Below are positions 48,953 to 59,436 of a stretch of DNA of 64,000 bases, piece after piece; position 1 is the first letter of the stretch, and every line of letters begins with the position of its first letter. Origin of the DNA: an uncultured archaeon (GTDB lineage Archaea > Thermoproteota > Nitrososphaeria > Nitrososphaerales > Gagatemarchaeaceae); the NCBI GenBank assembly GCA_963817525.1, contig CAWFOU010000007.1, forward strand, positions 640,001-704,000, written 5' to 3'. Both the position numbers and the translations under genes were made by a program. The notes below the pieces were generated by a model. That model saw nothing but the letters and a program-made list of their open reading frames with translations. It ran no database searches and had not been told where the DNA came from.

Positions 48953-50185
48953 ATGTTAAAACGCTATTCAAGCTATCGGGACGGTGAAGACGGGACGCTA
49001 TACAACTACGACTACTGGCTGAAGAACGCCTGGGAGATGCTCGACCGCTCGCCCAAGGTCAGCCAGCAGGACAAGGAGCGGGTTAGGGCGTTCGTCGAGA
49101 ACCTCAGAGTGAGGGCCCTGGGGACGGGGAGGCTCGCCAAGCACGTCCAGAAGCTCAAGGTGATGCTCGAGATCCTCGACGTCCCGCTTGACAGGGCGAC
49201 CAGGGCGGACGTCGAGAGGCTGGTCCTCGCGCTAGAGGAGAGGCACCTCCGCCCGGTCACCCTGATAGACTACCTCTTCATCATCAAGCGGTTCTTCAAG
49301 TTCGTGAAGTACGGGAACGTGGACAGGGAGACCCCCTACCCGGCGGAGGTGGCCTGGATCAAGAGGAGGATGAAGCCCAGCGAGGGCAGGACGGCCGAGT
49401 TCCTCACGCCCTCGGAGGTGAAGGCCATGATAGCAGCCGCCGAGAAGACGCGCGACAAGGCGATGATAGCCGTCGGGTTCGAGGGCGGGTTCAGGACGGG
49501 CGAGCTCCTGGGCCTCGAGATCCGCGACCTCTCGTTCGACGAGATGGGGGTGAAGGCGAAGGTGAGGGGAAAGACGGGAGAGCGGATCGTGAGGCTGATA
49601 TCGAGCGCGCCCCTCCTGACCGCATACCTCGAGACCCACCCGGAGTCGTCGGACCCCAGCGCGCCGCTGTGGCTCACGGAGGTGGGGAACTGGAAGAACA
49701 AGAGGGTCTCGTGGAGGGGGTGGAACGGCTCGCTCCAGTACATCGCGAAGAAGGCGGGCATCAGGGGAAAGCGCATCCACAGCTACCTCCTGCGGCACGG
49801 CTCGGCCACCGACGCGGCGAAGTATCTCTCCGACGCGGAGATGAAGGTGAGGTACGGCTGGACGATGGACTCGGGGATGCCGGCGGTCTACGTCCACCTG
49901 AGCTCCCAAGACCTGGACCCAAAGCTCGCGAGGATGTACTCAGGGAGGCCCCTGGAGCCGCAGAGGCCCGAGTTCGCCCCCGACGCCTGCCCAAGGTGCT
50001 CAGAGAAGAACACCCCAGGGATGAAGTTCTGCGGGAGGTGCGGTACGCCGCTGAATCGTGCTGAATTGGCCAAATCCTCGATCGAGACGCAGGAGATGAA
50101 GAACGACCTCCAAGACATCAAGAGGCTGCTCAGCGGATACCTCTCTCCAGGCTCACAAAACCCAACCGGAGGTAATGACAACTGA
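48953..50185 (+). CDS. Tyrosine recombinase/integrase with C-terminal Zn ribbon
   Basis: GFRTGE, GKTG.R, YLLRH, YGW...M..VYVH, CPRC...CGRCG. Confidence 0.92.
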   Translation: MLKRYSSYRDGEDGTLYNYDYWLKNAWEMLDRSPKVSQQDKERVRAFVENLRVRALGTGRLAKHVQKLKVMLEILDVPLDRATRADVERLVLALEERHLRPVTLIDYLFIIKRFFKFVKYGNVDRETPYPAEVAWIKRRMKPSEGRTAEFLTPSEVKAMIAAAEKTRDKAMIAVGFEGGFRTGELLGLEIRDLSFDEMGVKAKVRGKTGERIVRLISSAPLLTAYLETHPESSDPSAPLWLTEVGNWKNKRVSWRGWNGSLQYIAKKAGIRGKRIHSYLLRHGSATDAAKYLSDAEMKVRYGWTMDSGMPAVYVHLSSQDLDPKLARMYSGRPLEPQRPEFAPDACPRCSEKNTPGMKFCGRCGTPLNRAELAKSSIETQEMKNDLQDIKRLLSGYLSPGSQNPTGGNDN

Positions 50186-50596
50186 TTCGGGACAGTGAAG
50201 CGATGACCAAGGCCACCATGTGCTTCTCTGCCCGCCGCAGGTGCCTACCAACAGCATGAAACACACTCAACCGATGTGCCTCTCGAGCCTCTCGACAAGC
50301 GCCAGAACCCTCTCCAGATCAGAGCGCTTGACGCGAATGTAGGGCTCTTCCACGTCTGATGGGCCCCGGTTTTCGCCGGCATGCGAGTTGAAAACGGCGG
50401 CGTCTTTGACCTTGGAAAGGGAGACAAGTCCGACGTCCGGATCCAGATTACTTGAGGCCTTCATGGATGTCTGGGCACACGCGACTTTTAACGACGGTGA
50501 GCAAGGACGAGATGCTGGCGATGGTAGGGGCTTTCGCAGCCGCGCTACCCAGTTGGTACAACGAAATCATGGCTGCCGCGGCCACTTGATCCGTTC

Positions 50597-51385
50597 TCAA
50601 GATGCGCGGAAGTACGCGAAGACAAGCGCGCCCCATTCGTCCTCCGCCAGAACCGTGTATGTCCCAGGGTGGAAGCTTGTGAACGTATCTCCCTGATAGT
50701 ACCCAGAGACGGTCAAGGGATTCAAATTATAGGTCGCTGTGGCATTCCCTGTCGGGCATGGACTCACGCCGACGCAGCCGTATGAGGCGCCCCCGTCGCT
50801 CGTCGGTTGGAAGAGAAACCCAGTCGGGTTCCCGTACCCGAAGTACACCGGGCAGTTGGGCGTGGCTAAGGGGTCGACAAGGTCCAGCTGCCTTGCAGCT
50901 GTGACGTTTGATGACGTATAGTATCCCTCGGCCATGGCGAAACGTACGGTGTCGCTCCCGCAGACTGCCACGTTGGTCCCGTTAATAGGGACCGCCCAGT
51001 CGTTCGCGGACGTAACATTGGCAGTGGACGAAGAAGGATTGTAGACGTCGGCGAACAAGCTCACGTTCACCCCTGTCGCGGATGACGATGAGGCGTTCAG
51101 ATAGAGTCGGAGTTCAAGGCCGTTCGTGGGATTAGTAGCTGTCGTCGCTGTCAACGTTGAGGTCGCTGTTGTGGTTGACGTCGTAATCAAAGTCGTGGTC
51201 AAGGTTGAGGTCGACGTGCTGGTCGACACGACCGTCTCGGTCGCGGTAAGCGTCGTGGTCGATGGATGTGTGAAGGGAGGCTGGCCGATGACGACCACGG
51301 CAAGAGCGGCGGCAAGTATCACAGCGATCAAAGACAGGCCCACTATCGCTCCTGCGATTGCAGGGCTGCGCCGCCGAGACGACAT
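50597..51385 (-). CDS. Membrane-anchored Thr-rich surface protein
   Basis: N-terminal TM helix, Thr stalk, C-terminal PGTYTVLAEDEWG. Confidence 0.7.
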   Translation of the reverse strand: MSSRRRSPAIAGAIVGLSLIAVILAAALAVVVIGQPPFTHPSTTTLTATETVVSTSTSTSTLTTTLITTSTTTATSTLTATTATNPTNGLELRLYLNASSSSATGVNVSLFADVYNPSSSTANVTSANDWAVPINGTNVAVCGSDTVRFAMAEGYYTSSNVTAARQLDLVDPLATPNCPVYFGYGNPTGFLFQPTSDGGASYGCVGVSPCPTGNATATYNLNPLTVSGYYQGDTFTSFHPGTYTVLAEDEWGALVFAYFRAS

Positions 51386-51469
51386 GGCTGTCTAGGCGAA
51401 AAGACCAAGGCTCGTTTTAAATCGTTTGGAAGAATCGTCGGGTTCAGCTTCATTGGCAGGGTTGTAGGC

Positions 51470-51630
51470 TGAGCTGGATTAATTGGGCTGGTCGGAGCCC
51501 GTCGTCCCCGACCATGTTCCCCTGGACCTTGGGCCTGAACCCGCAGAAGGTGATGAGGGAGATTGAGGCCTTCGCCCTGATGTCGGCACGTCGAGGATTC
51601 TCCTGAGCTCCTGCCGGGTGCGAGGCACCT
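51470..51630 (-). pseudogene. Fragment of an integrase related to 51916..53205
   Basis: QELRRILD (frameshift) ADIRAKASISLITFCGFRPKVQGNMVGDDGLR aligns with [41 protein letters not shown]. Confidence 0.7.
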
Positions 51631-51915
51631 CTTTTCTCGTACGTGTAGTCCAAGGCGCCGTAGATTCTGATGCTCTTGGGGGTCTCGATCGAGAGCGAGT
51701 TGTCGATTGTAGTGATGAGACGACAGCTAAAGACGGTCAGACAAATCCGTCAAGCTCACTGCCAAGGTCCGGGTTAGCTTGCATCGACCGAAACGCGGAC
51801 TTTTTAGCGTCGTCCCCCCGGTAGGATTCTCCTAAAATAATTAGTTGCATCCCTTCCGGCCCACTTAAACTCTTAAGAGAATCCCTTATTAGAAACCGAG
51901 TTCCCAAGGGAAAAC

Positions 51916-53205
51916 ATGCCCGCTGGGAGCAAGTACAACCACCTTCTCGAAGATCAGGACGTCCGCAGATGGTTTGAGAACCTCGAAGCGAAGTCGATCA
52001 TAACCGCCACGGTCTATCTTCGGACGATGGGACTCTACTGCGTGCTCGAAGGGACGACCCCAAAGAAGATACTCGCGGAAGCCAAGTCCAAGAGATTCCG
52101 CGACGAGTTCACGGACTTTATCCGGCGGATGGAGAAAGACGGGAAGGCTGGCTCCTACATAGAGCGGTTCAAGAAGGTCATCCTCTCCTGGACCTTCTAC
52201 AACAACCTCGACGTGAAGCTGAAAGTGAACATCAAGGGCACGTCAGAGACGCCAACAATCGCCAACGAAAGGATCCCGAGCAAGGACGAGCTTTCGAGGA
52301 TTCTCCGGATGGCCTCGCTTCGAGGAAGGGTCTCCGTTGCGATGATGGCGTTCAGCGGTCTGAGGCCGGAGAGTCTCGGCGACTACCTAGGAACGGACGG
52401 CATCAGACTCGCGGACTTCACGGAGGCGAAGATATCTGGCGCTAGGGTTGAATTCGAGAAGGTTCCGGCGATCCTGCTCGTCAGGAGAACCCTGAGCAAG
52501 GCAAGACATCCATACTTCTCGTTCGTGGGGACCGAGGCAATAACCTACATCCAGGAGTACATTCAGGAAAGGACCAAGTCCGGCGAGAAGCTGACCCCTG
52601 AGAGCCCTCTGCTGGCGTTCGACCCGAGAGGCGTAAGGAAGAACGCTTTCCTGAGAACCATCCTTGTGACTCGGGACATCAAGGAGGCGATAACGAAGGC
52701 AGGATTCACTTGGAGGCCCTACGTCCTGAGGGCCTACTGCGACACCAACATGATAGTGGCCGAGTCCAAGGGCCTGATTTCTCATCCATACCTCCAGTTC
52801 CTCATGGGGCACAAAGGGGACATTGAGGCCAGGTACTCCACCAACAAGGGCAGGCTCCCGCCTACGATGATCGAGGAGATGAGGGCAGTTTACAAGAAGT
52901 GCGAGCCCCTGCTCTCCACCAAGGCAGAGTCCGCCAGCGAGGAGCAGATCAAGAAGACACTGAGGGAGCAGTTTCTCGTTGTGGCGGGATTCAAGAAGGA
53001 AGAGGTCGAGAAGATGAACCTCGAAGAGATGACCGACGAGGAGCTCCAGAACGCCGTGAGACAGAGGCTGGTCGGCATGATGACCGGCAACGGTTCGAGG
53101 CAGAAGGTCATCCCGATTCAAGAGGTAAGGTCATTCATCGGGCAGGGATACGAGTACGTGGCGTCGCTCCCTGACGGCGGGGCGATAGTGAAGGTGCCGT
53201 TCTGA
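51916..53205 (+). CDS. Tyrosine recombinase/integrase (second family)
   Basis: SGLRPES, YVLRAY, LMGH..DIEARY. Confidence 0.88.
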   Translation: MPAGSKYNHLLEDQDVRRWFENLEAKSIITATVYLRTMGLYCVLEGTTPKKILAEAKSKRFRDEFTDFIRRMEKDGKAGSYIERFKKVILSWTFYNNLDVKLKVNIKGTSETPTIANERIPSKDELSRILRMASLRGRVSVAMMAFSGLRPESLGDYLGTDGIRLADFTEAKISGARVEFEKVPAILLVRRTLSKARHPYFSFVGTEAITYIQEYIQERTKSGEKLTPESPLLAFDPRGVRKNAFLRTILVTRDIKEAITKAGFTWRPYVLRAYCDTNMIVAESKGLISHPYLQFLMGHKGDIEARYSTNKGRLPPTMIEEMRAVYKKCEPLLSTKAESASEEQIKKTLREQFLVVAGFKKEEVEKMNLEEMTDEELQNAVRQRLVGMMTGNGSRQKVIPIQEVRSFIGQGYEYVASLPDGGAIVKVPF

Positions 53206-53216
53206 GGGCGAGAGGC

Positions 53217-53687
53217 ATGCAGAGGCACGACTTCTACGATGTTCTCGGTGTTGCGAGGACGGCATCGAGCGGAACAATCAAGGAAGCCTACCGGAGGCTG
53301 GCCATCAGGTATCACCCCGACAGGAACAAGTCTCCCGACGCGGAGGAGAAGTTCAAGGAGGTCTCTCAGGCCTATTTCGTCCTGTCAGACGCCGAGAAGA
53401 GAGCCCTTTACGATGCTCTAGGCCCTGACAAATACGACGACCCTAAGGAAGTCTTCCGCTACTACGTCGAGCGTGAGGCGACTGCGCGCGAACTGAAGCG
53501 GGAGTACGAGGAGTCCAGGTCAAGAGAGCAGACCGGCATCATAGAATCGATGGGAGTGATCCTCTTCGGCCTCCTCGTGATAGACTTCGTGATTCCTACG
53601 TGGGTCTTTGGCCCATGGTTCTATGTGTTCAACGCCTTCCTTCTCCTTGCCCTCGTCAGCGGAGTCTACAGCTGGTCCAGGGCTTGA
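53217..53687 (+). CDS. J-domain protein with C-terminal TM helices
   Basis: [21 protein letters not shown]. Confidence 0.88.
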   Translation: MQRHDFYDVLGVARTASSGTIKEAYRRLAIRYHPDRNKSPDAEEKFKEVSQAYFVLSDAEKRALYDALGPDKYDDPKEVFRYYVEREATARELKREYEESRSREQTGIIESMGVILFGLLVIDFVIPTWVFGPWFYVFNAFLLLALVSGVYSWSRA

Positions 53688-53712
53688 TTCAACAAAAGGA
53701 GACTCGCTTGTG

Positions 53713-54243
53713 ATGGCCCTTGAATTTCTGAAGAGACGCTTCCGCGTGCAGAGGCTGGGAGACCTGACCCTGAACTGGATAAAGGTCCTCGCCTACCTGG
53801 AGAGCTCGAAGAGCGGAAGCAGGGAACCGTCTGCCGAGAAGCTGGCAGACGAGTTGGGCCTGGGGTCTGAGAACGTCATAACGGTCTACGCCTACCCCGC
53901 CCTTCGCAGGAAGGGATACGTCAGGCTGCTCGCCAGCAACCTGCCGGAGAGGGACGCCAACTCCTACGAGCTGACCCCGAAGGGCAGGAAGGCGCTCGGG
54001 TACTTCCTCAACACGTTCGGGTTCGCGGAGATGGGGACAATGGTAGTCGTGAGCCTGATTGTGGGGGCTGTGATTGGGCTGATGTCCCTCGCATACCTCC
54101 AGAACCCTCCCTTCTTCCCCCTTGCCCTGGGCTTGGTCATCTTCGCTGCCGTCATCGAAGCCTTCTTCTTCGCGTTCTCCGTGTGGGCGGCAAGGCAGAG
54201 GAGGAGAGAGGTGCTCCAAATCATGCTTCAAAAGCCCGAGTGA
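53713..54243 (+). CDS. wHTH protein with two C-terminal TM helices
   Basis: LADELGL...LRRKGYV...YELTPKGR, then hydrophobic helices. Confidence 0.65.
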   Translation: MALEFLKRRFRVQRLGDLTLNWIKVLAYLESSKSGSREPSAEKLADELGLGSENVITVYAYPALRRKGYVRLLASNLPERDANSYELTPKGRKALGYFLNTFGFAEMGTMVVVSLIVGAVIGLMSLAYLQNPPFFPLALGLVIFAAVIEAFFFAFSVWAARQRRREVLQIMLQKPE

Positions 54244-54472
54244 CTTTGAGAGAATCGTAAGGAATAGCGGCGCAGAAACTGAGCTTCTCGGCTCACTCCC
54301 GGCGTCTATCATCTTACCACGCCATACTATGTGCCATGCAGAATGTCGTGGACGTTCATCCGCTAAAGAGGACGGCAGCGAAGATCCTGCCTGACGACTC
54401 GATTCTGCGCAGGGTGCTGCTGTCGGAGCCCGATTCGTTGGAGGCGGGGGAATACGTCGCCAAGCTGGGCAC

Positions 54473-56413
54473 ATGGCTCGTGATTCTGAGGGAGGAGAGG
54501 ACGACGGATTGAACTTCTGGAAGTCCAAGCAAAGACGCGAGGACGAAGAGGAGGAAGCGGAGGCGTGGAGGCGGCAGCAGGAGTTCGAGGAGCAAGAGAT
54601 GAAGAGGGTGGAAGAGAGGGAGAAGCGTTGGAGGGAACTGCAGGAGAAGTACCACGTAGGCCGGGATGAGATAGAATACCAGTCGACGTCAGGCCTCGAC
54701 CATTGGAACCCCCGTCACCACGAGGAGCAGAAGCCGACTCCAGGGCACGTTGGGATAATCAGGATCGTCCAAAGGAACTCCGGCGAACAGTCCCAGTCCG
54801 AGCCTTACCGTAACGAGGAGTTCAGGTTCAAGTGGATAAACGAGGTCAAGAGGGTCGAGAGCAAGGAGAACGCGAACGTCTTCACGAGCGGGGCGTCGGG
54901 GGCCGGGAAGAGCAGCCTGGTCCGGCTCCTCCTCCGAGAATTCGAGGGACGACAGAAGGTCATCTTCTCGTTCAAGGTGAACGACACGCACCTCAGGATC
55001 GGCTATCCTGTCGCCGACGTAAGCGAGCTCGTCCCCAACCCGTTCGCGGATGTCGAGGCCTTCGTGAGCGCCTTTGCGATCGCGTTTCCGGTCAGCACCA
55101 TCGGGGTGACGGCCAGCCAGATCCCTTCTCTCGTCCAAGAACTTGCGTACGGGTGCACCTCCTGGAAGGGCTTCAACCGAAAAGTCGAGCGCAGGATAGG
55201 CGAGACCAAGGACAGAGTGCAACTCTCCGCGCTCTTCTTCATTCAGGGGCAGGCCAAATCCGTTCAGCTTGAAGAGAGTGGGAAGAGGCCCGATGCAATC
55301 AATCAGGCCATCCACACGGGCATGGACATCGTGCTCGACTTCTCTAGGTTATCGGACCCCGCGAAGGCGTTCTACGCCGAGCTGCTCCTCAGAGGGATAT
55401 GGAACGAGATGCAAGGGCAGACGACGGAAGCGAGGAAGAAGATTATCCTCTACGTGGACGAGGCCCACCGCCTCACCCGGGGCACCTTCGAGAAGTACCA
55501 CTCGGTCCTCGTCGAGATGGCGAGGGAGATAAGGGCGAGGGGAGCGCTCTGGACCTCGACCCAGAACTACACCGACATCGAGGACAGGATCAGGAACCAG
55601 TTCGCCACCCAGTTCGTCTTCAACACCTCGTCCAAGTCCGACCTCGAGGCGCTGAAGGCAATCGACCCGATGCTCTCCTGGGCCGTATCGGGGCTCTTGA
55701 AGCACCACTTCGTGGACGCGAAATCCAAGAGTGTTCACAAAGAGATCGAGATCCACACGTTCGTTCCGGAAAGCGAGAAGGATGTCCGACCCACCCCATT
55801 GGGCGAACTTCTAGCTGGAGTACTTCCACAGGAAGCCGGGACCGTAGACTACGACAATACGGTCAAGGAAGCGCTGGCCAAGGAAGGCGTCGTCTGGGTC
55901 TCTGCCCTTGCAAGCCAGTTCAGCAAGGACGGGAGAGTCGACAAGGACTCCGCGAAGCTGAAGGTCAGAGACGCCCTGGAGAAGCTGGTGGACGCTGATG
56001 ACCTTCAGAGGATGAGGTACGACGGAGCCGAAGCTGGCGGGACCATCGTCCTGTACTTCGCGAAAGGCGGGGATGAGAAGGTCAGCAACCTTCACAAGTA
56101 CATGGTGAGGCAGCTCGTCGATAGGCTGCGGGAGAATAACCAGGAGGTCCTCAACGTGGCAGACTCGGGGCAGAGTCTTCCCGATGTCGAGACGGAGAGC
56201 GCGTACTTCGAGATCGAGACAGGCTTGAAGACGAGGACGAGCGACCTTGAGGAGCGCATCTCGAGACTCAGTTCTACCAAGCCGTTCTTCGTCGTTGTTC
56301 CAAATTCCGACTTGGCGGGGAGCGACAGATACAGCTCTCTGAGAAGTCCCAGGGTTACGGTGACAACCCTTGCGCGGTTCCTGAAGGGACAGGCAGTGAC
56401 GCCCCAGCGGTGA
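54473..56413 (+). CDS. HerA/FtsK/VirB4-superfamily ATPase with a C-terminal PD-(D/E)XK-like domain
   Basis: Walker A GASGAGKS, Walker B LYVDEAH, STQ; C-terminal LH....PDV...FEIETG. Confidence 0.75.
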   Translation: MARDSEGGEDDGLNFWKSKQRREDEEEEAEAWRRQQEFEEQEMKRVEEREKRWRELQEKYHVGRDEIEYQSTSGLDHWNPRHHEEQKPTPGHVGIIRIVQRNSGEQSQSEPYRNEEFRFKWINEVKRVESKENANVFTSGASGAGKSSLVRLLLREFEGRQKVIFSFKVNDTHLRIGYPVADVSELVPNPFADVEAFVSAFAIAFPVSTIGVTASQIPSLVQELAYGCTSWKGFNRKVERRIGETKDRVQLSALFFIQGQAKSVQLEESGKRPDAINQAIHTGMDIVLDFSRLSDPAKAFYAELLLRGIWNEMQGQTTEARKKIILYVDEAHRLTRGTFEKYHSVLVEMAREIRARGALWTSTQNYTDIEDRIRNQFATQFVFNTSSKSDLEALKAIDPMLSWAVSGLLKHHFVDAKSKSVHKEIEIHTFVPESEKDVRPTPLGELLAGVLPQEAGTVDYDNTVKEALAKEGVVWVSALASQFSKDGRVDKDSAKLKVRDALEKLVDADDLQRMRYDGAEAGGTIVLYFAKGGDEKVSNLHKYMVRQLVDRLRENNQEVLNVADSGQSLPDVETESAYFEIETGLKTRTSDLEERISRLSSTKPFFVVVPNSDLAGSDRYSSLRSPRVTVTTLARFLKGQAVTPQR

Positions 56414-56428
56414 CGTGGGGGCCGCTTA

Positions 56429-56638
56429 TTGCTCGCCCATAGCATGCAACACCCTTCAGGCTCGTCCTTCGCTCCGCGGCGAATTCACCCCCCGCGATGC
56501 CTTCGGCACCGCTCGCTGCGCTCGCTTCGCTTCCCCCCTCTTCGCCGCTCCGCTCGGACTTCGCCTTCACCCCGCTTCGAAGCGGGGCCGCTCATTGTCG
56601 CTTCGCTTGATTCGCGGGGGTGTTGCATGCTATGGGCT
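56429..56638. other. Large fold-back structure resembling a single-strand origin
   Basis: About 20-bp perfect inverted repeat GCCCATAGCATGCAACACCC / GGGTGTTGCATGCTATGGGC encloses many CGCT(C/T)CGC micro-hairpins. Confidence 0.55.
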
Positions 56639-56818
56639 CGCGAGGAGGGAGAGGAAAGGGGGAAGAATTGGGCTATCCCGGCGGAAAGAGACGGTTCTCG
56701 AGGCGTACCCCTTCTACGGGTACTACATGCGTCACCGGAGAGGAAAGTAATCAACCTGGTTCTAGTTTCGTAAAATATAAACATAAGAATCGTTCTTTGC
56801 GAATTCGGTATCATCCGC

Positions 56819-57094
56819 TTGTGGCATGGGATTAGGAGGAGGACGTGGAGAGACATTATCGCTTCGGTCCTTGAGTGCCTTGTCAAGGCGCCTTCGACCC
56901 AAAACAAGATAATGACCTCGACAAATCTGAACCGAGACACCGCAAGAGACTATCTTCAAGGGATGGTCTCCCTGAGGCTGGTCAGGACTCTCTCTGACTC
57001 CAAGGAGCACACGATCTACGCCATGACGGAGAAAGGGAGACGCTGGCTCAAACTGTACAAGAGCTTGCTGGCTGAGGAAGAATCGCAGGAATGA
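56819..57094 (+). CDS. Winged-helix transcriptional regulator
   Basis: RRTWRDIIASVL...IMTSTNLN...YL...YAMTEKG. Confidence 0.8.
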   Translation: MWHGIRRRTWRDIIASVLECLVKAPSTQNKIMTSTNLNRDTARDYLQGMVSLRLVRTLSDSKEHTIYAMTEKGRRWLKLYKSLLAEEESQE

Positions 57095-57181
57095 AGCAAG
57101 GACCTCCATCCGAATATCTTCGAAAGCCATTACTGGCGTACGATCACAGCGAAATTTTCTGAGACCATAATCTGTAAAGCG

Positions 57182-57208
57182 GGATTTGTAATCCCGGATT
57201 ACAAATCC
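57182..57208. promoter_or_regulatory. Perfect palindrome, probable operator
   Basis: GGATTTGTAATCC-C-GGATTACAAATCC upstream of TTTATTA and the gene at 57273. Confidence 0.55.
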
Positions 57209-57272
57209 GGGATGTTAGATTCTGCATGATTTATTACCCTCGGATTAGTGACATTAGCCGAGGAATCAGAAC

Positions 57273-58091
57273 TTGACCTCAAGAAAGGGCGCACTTGGCG
57301 TAGTGAGGCTTGTGTTCTTCGCGCTGCTTACGCTTCTGTTGCTCAATTCGGTCGGGATGTTGAACCGGTTACCAATGGCCTACGCCCAAACTTACACGTG
57401 CTCCGACCAGTACACAAGCCATAACACTGCTGCTCCTAACGGTGGTGTTGGGTACTACTACGAATGGGCCAGTAGCAGCAACAGTAACGAATACGGCGTC
57501 TATGGCGAGCTAAAGGCCACGTCATGGAATTATGATGGCGATACGTCCGGGCATGAAGTGCTTTGGGTAAACATGGCTCTCTCCGGGGGTTACTGGGCAC
57601 AGTCAGGGGTCGTCGCCGGCGTTTTGCCAGGAAACTCATATTCATCAACTCGGTATCCATATGTGGAGTGGAATGCACCGGGACAGTACTACGCATACAT
57701 TTTCACTAGTTATCCGATTTCTGGCACGGACACGATTTATGCAGAGGACTACGTAGAAAGCTATAGCGGCGGCAACTACTACTACGAAGTGTATGTATAT
57801 AGCACCAGTTACGCAACAGCATGGTATACGACAAAGAGTTTCGGGAGCACATATTATCTAGGTGACCCGACAACAGCAGGAGAGACCTATTACACTCAGA
57901 CTAGTGAGAACTGCGACCTATACGTCAATTACTCCTCGTCGCTTGCCTACTCCTCAAGTGTCAGTTCTAGCCCGTCTTGGACATCCTGGTCAAGTTCTAG
58001 CATCACCTATACCGATACAAATTACACCTATTTCCAGAATAGCGCAACATCGTGGAACTTCTGTTCAGATAACTATGTCAGTTATTGCTAG
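57273..58091 (+). CDS. Secreted protein, neprosin/G1 glutamic-peptidase-like
   Basis: Signal peptide, GVYG, WAQSG, later GE motif; rich in Tyr and Ser. Confidence 0.5.
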   Translation: MTSRKGALGVVRLVFFALLTLLLLNSVGMLNRLPMAYAQTYTCSDQYTSHNTAAPNGGVGYYYEWASSSNSNEYGVYGELKATSWNYDGDTSGHEVLWVNMALSGGYWAQSGVVAGVLPGNSYSSTRYPYVEWNAPGQYYAYIFTSYPISGTDTIYAEDYVESYSGGNYYYEVYVYSTSYATAWYTTKSFGSTYYLGDPTTAGETYYTQTSENCDLYVNYSSSLAYSSSVSSSPSWTSWSSSSITYTDTNYTYFQNSATSWNFCSDNYVSYC

Positions 58092-58104
58092 ATTGAAATG
58101 GAGA

Positions 58105-58848
58105 ATGTTCGAGAGATTGAAAAGCAGAATCGTAATCGCCCTAATCATAACGGCCTTGGCGCTGGGGTCTGGCGTTCTTGTCTCGACCTTTTCGGTTGAC
58201 AGCGCCATCAGCCAAAATGGCATTCCAAGTGCTACTTCAAATGTGAACCCCACTCCCTCGAGTGGTGCGATGCCGATGAAACTGGTCTTGCATACGCCAC
58301 AGTATGTGGAAGGCATCATTCATCAATCATTGATTTTACCGGATGTGACCGTTCTCGGTCCCTCGTACAGGATTCTGGGGGCCATGGTCGAAGGCCCAGT
58401 GAACTTGACTGCGACCAATCAATCACCATGGGAAGTACTCATCTACCTCTCGAACCAGCCTACTTCTTCCTTCGTGAATGGAACCACGACTGACCTTGAC
58501 GTCTTGAAAAGCGGAGGAGTCGTGATCGCCGAAGATGGAGTTCCGACTGGAATGGCGCTGAATAGTACTGCCGCTGCCCAAGCCGATCTGGCACCTCAAG
58601 TGCTTTGCACCGGCAAGGGGATGAATCCGACGCCTGCTGATTCGAGCTGCACGACTCAATCCTACACGGGGAATGGCTATATCGTGACCCAGAATGGGCT
58701 CGCAATTGTTGTGAACCCGGGGGGGCCGGGACTAGTGTGGGTTGACAATAGAAACCGCATGGGAGTGAGTATCGACGGCGATACACAAACCGTTCAACAA
58801 TTGCTGGACCTTGCGAGCACATTGACTGAACCTACGACGACACAGTGA
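58105..58848 (+). CDS. Secreted/membrane-anchored hypothetical protein
   Basis: ATG at 58105 followed by a hydrophobic helix. Confidence 0.6.
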   Translation: MFERLKSRIVIALIITALALGSGVLVSTFSVDSAISQNGIPSATSNVNPTPSSGAMPMKLVLHTPQYVEGIIHQSLILPDVTVLGPSYRILGAMVEGPVNLTATNQSPWEVLIYLSNQPTSSFVNGTTTDLDVLKSGGVVIAEDGVPTGMALNSTAAAQADLAPQVLCTGKGMNPTPADSSCTTQSYTGNGYIVTQNGLAIVVNPGGPGLVWVDNRNRMGVSIDGDTQTVQQLLDLASTLTEPTTTQ

Positions 58849-58920
58849 TATGAAACCGGTTTCAGTGTTGTACAACCAGGTCTATTAAGGTCGGAGCATC
58901 ATATTCAGTGAAGGCGCAAG

Positions 58921-59436
58921 ATGAATTCGCCACCAGTCCGTAACAAGCGGCTCTACGCAACCATCGTGGCAGCGATAGTCATCGCCGCGGTTGTAGCCTC
59001 TGCTACCATCATTGCCTCATCTGCACTCTATACCACGGTCACAAAAACTACGACCACCACTGTTTTCCTAGCGTCATCTTCCAGCGCCTGCGGACAACTC
59101 GCATCAACTCCGTTGTTCTTACTCATAGCGAACAGTTCGACAGGAAGGCGGATTAGTGGAGTACCAGTCGAAGTCGAGAAGACCACACCCACCGACTTGT
59201 GCAACCCAATCTCGACAACAACAGTCAACCTTGGCACCATGGAGACGAACGTGAATGGGTCGATTGAGCTCTGCTGCAGTGGTTCAACGTTCTTCTTCAC
59301 ATTCACATATATGGGTGCCCATTACCAATTCAACTCGACAGCAGAAGGGGCAGAGATTGCTCAATGCGTCTGGTTCAGCATACCATCGGCTACATCAACT
59401 ACTGAGTTTGCAGCTCCATTCGACCCTCAATGCTAA
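58921..59436 (+). CDS. Membrane-anchored hypothetical protein
   Basis: TM helix, Thr linker, paired cysteines. Confidence 0.6.
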   Translation: MNSPPVRNKRLYATIVAAIVIAAVVASATIIASSALYTTVTKTTTTTVFLASSSSACGQLASTPLFLLIANSSTGRRISGVPVEVEKTTPTDLCNPISTTTVNLGTMETNVNGSIELCCSGSTFFFTFTYMGAHYQFNSTAEGAEIAQCVWFSIPSATSTTEFAAPFDPQC

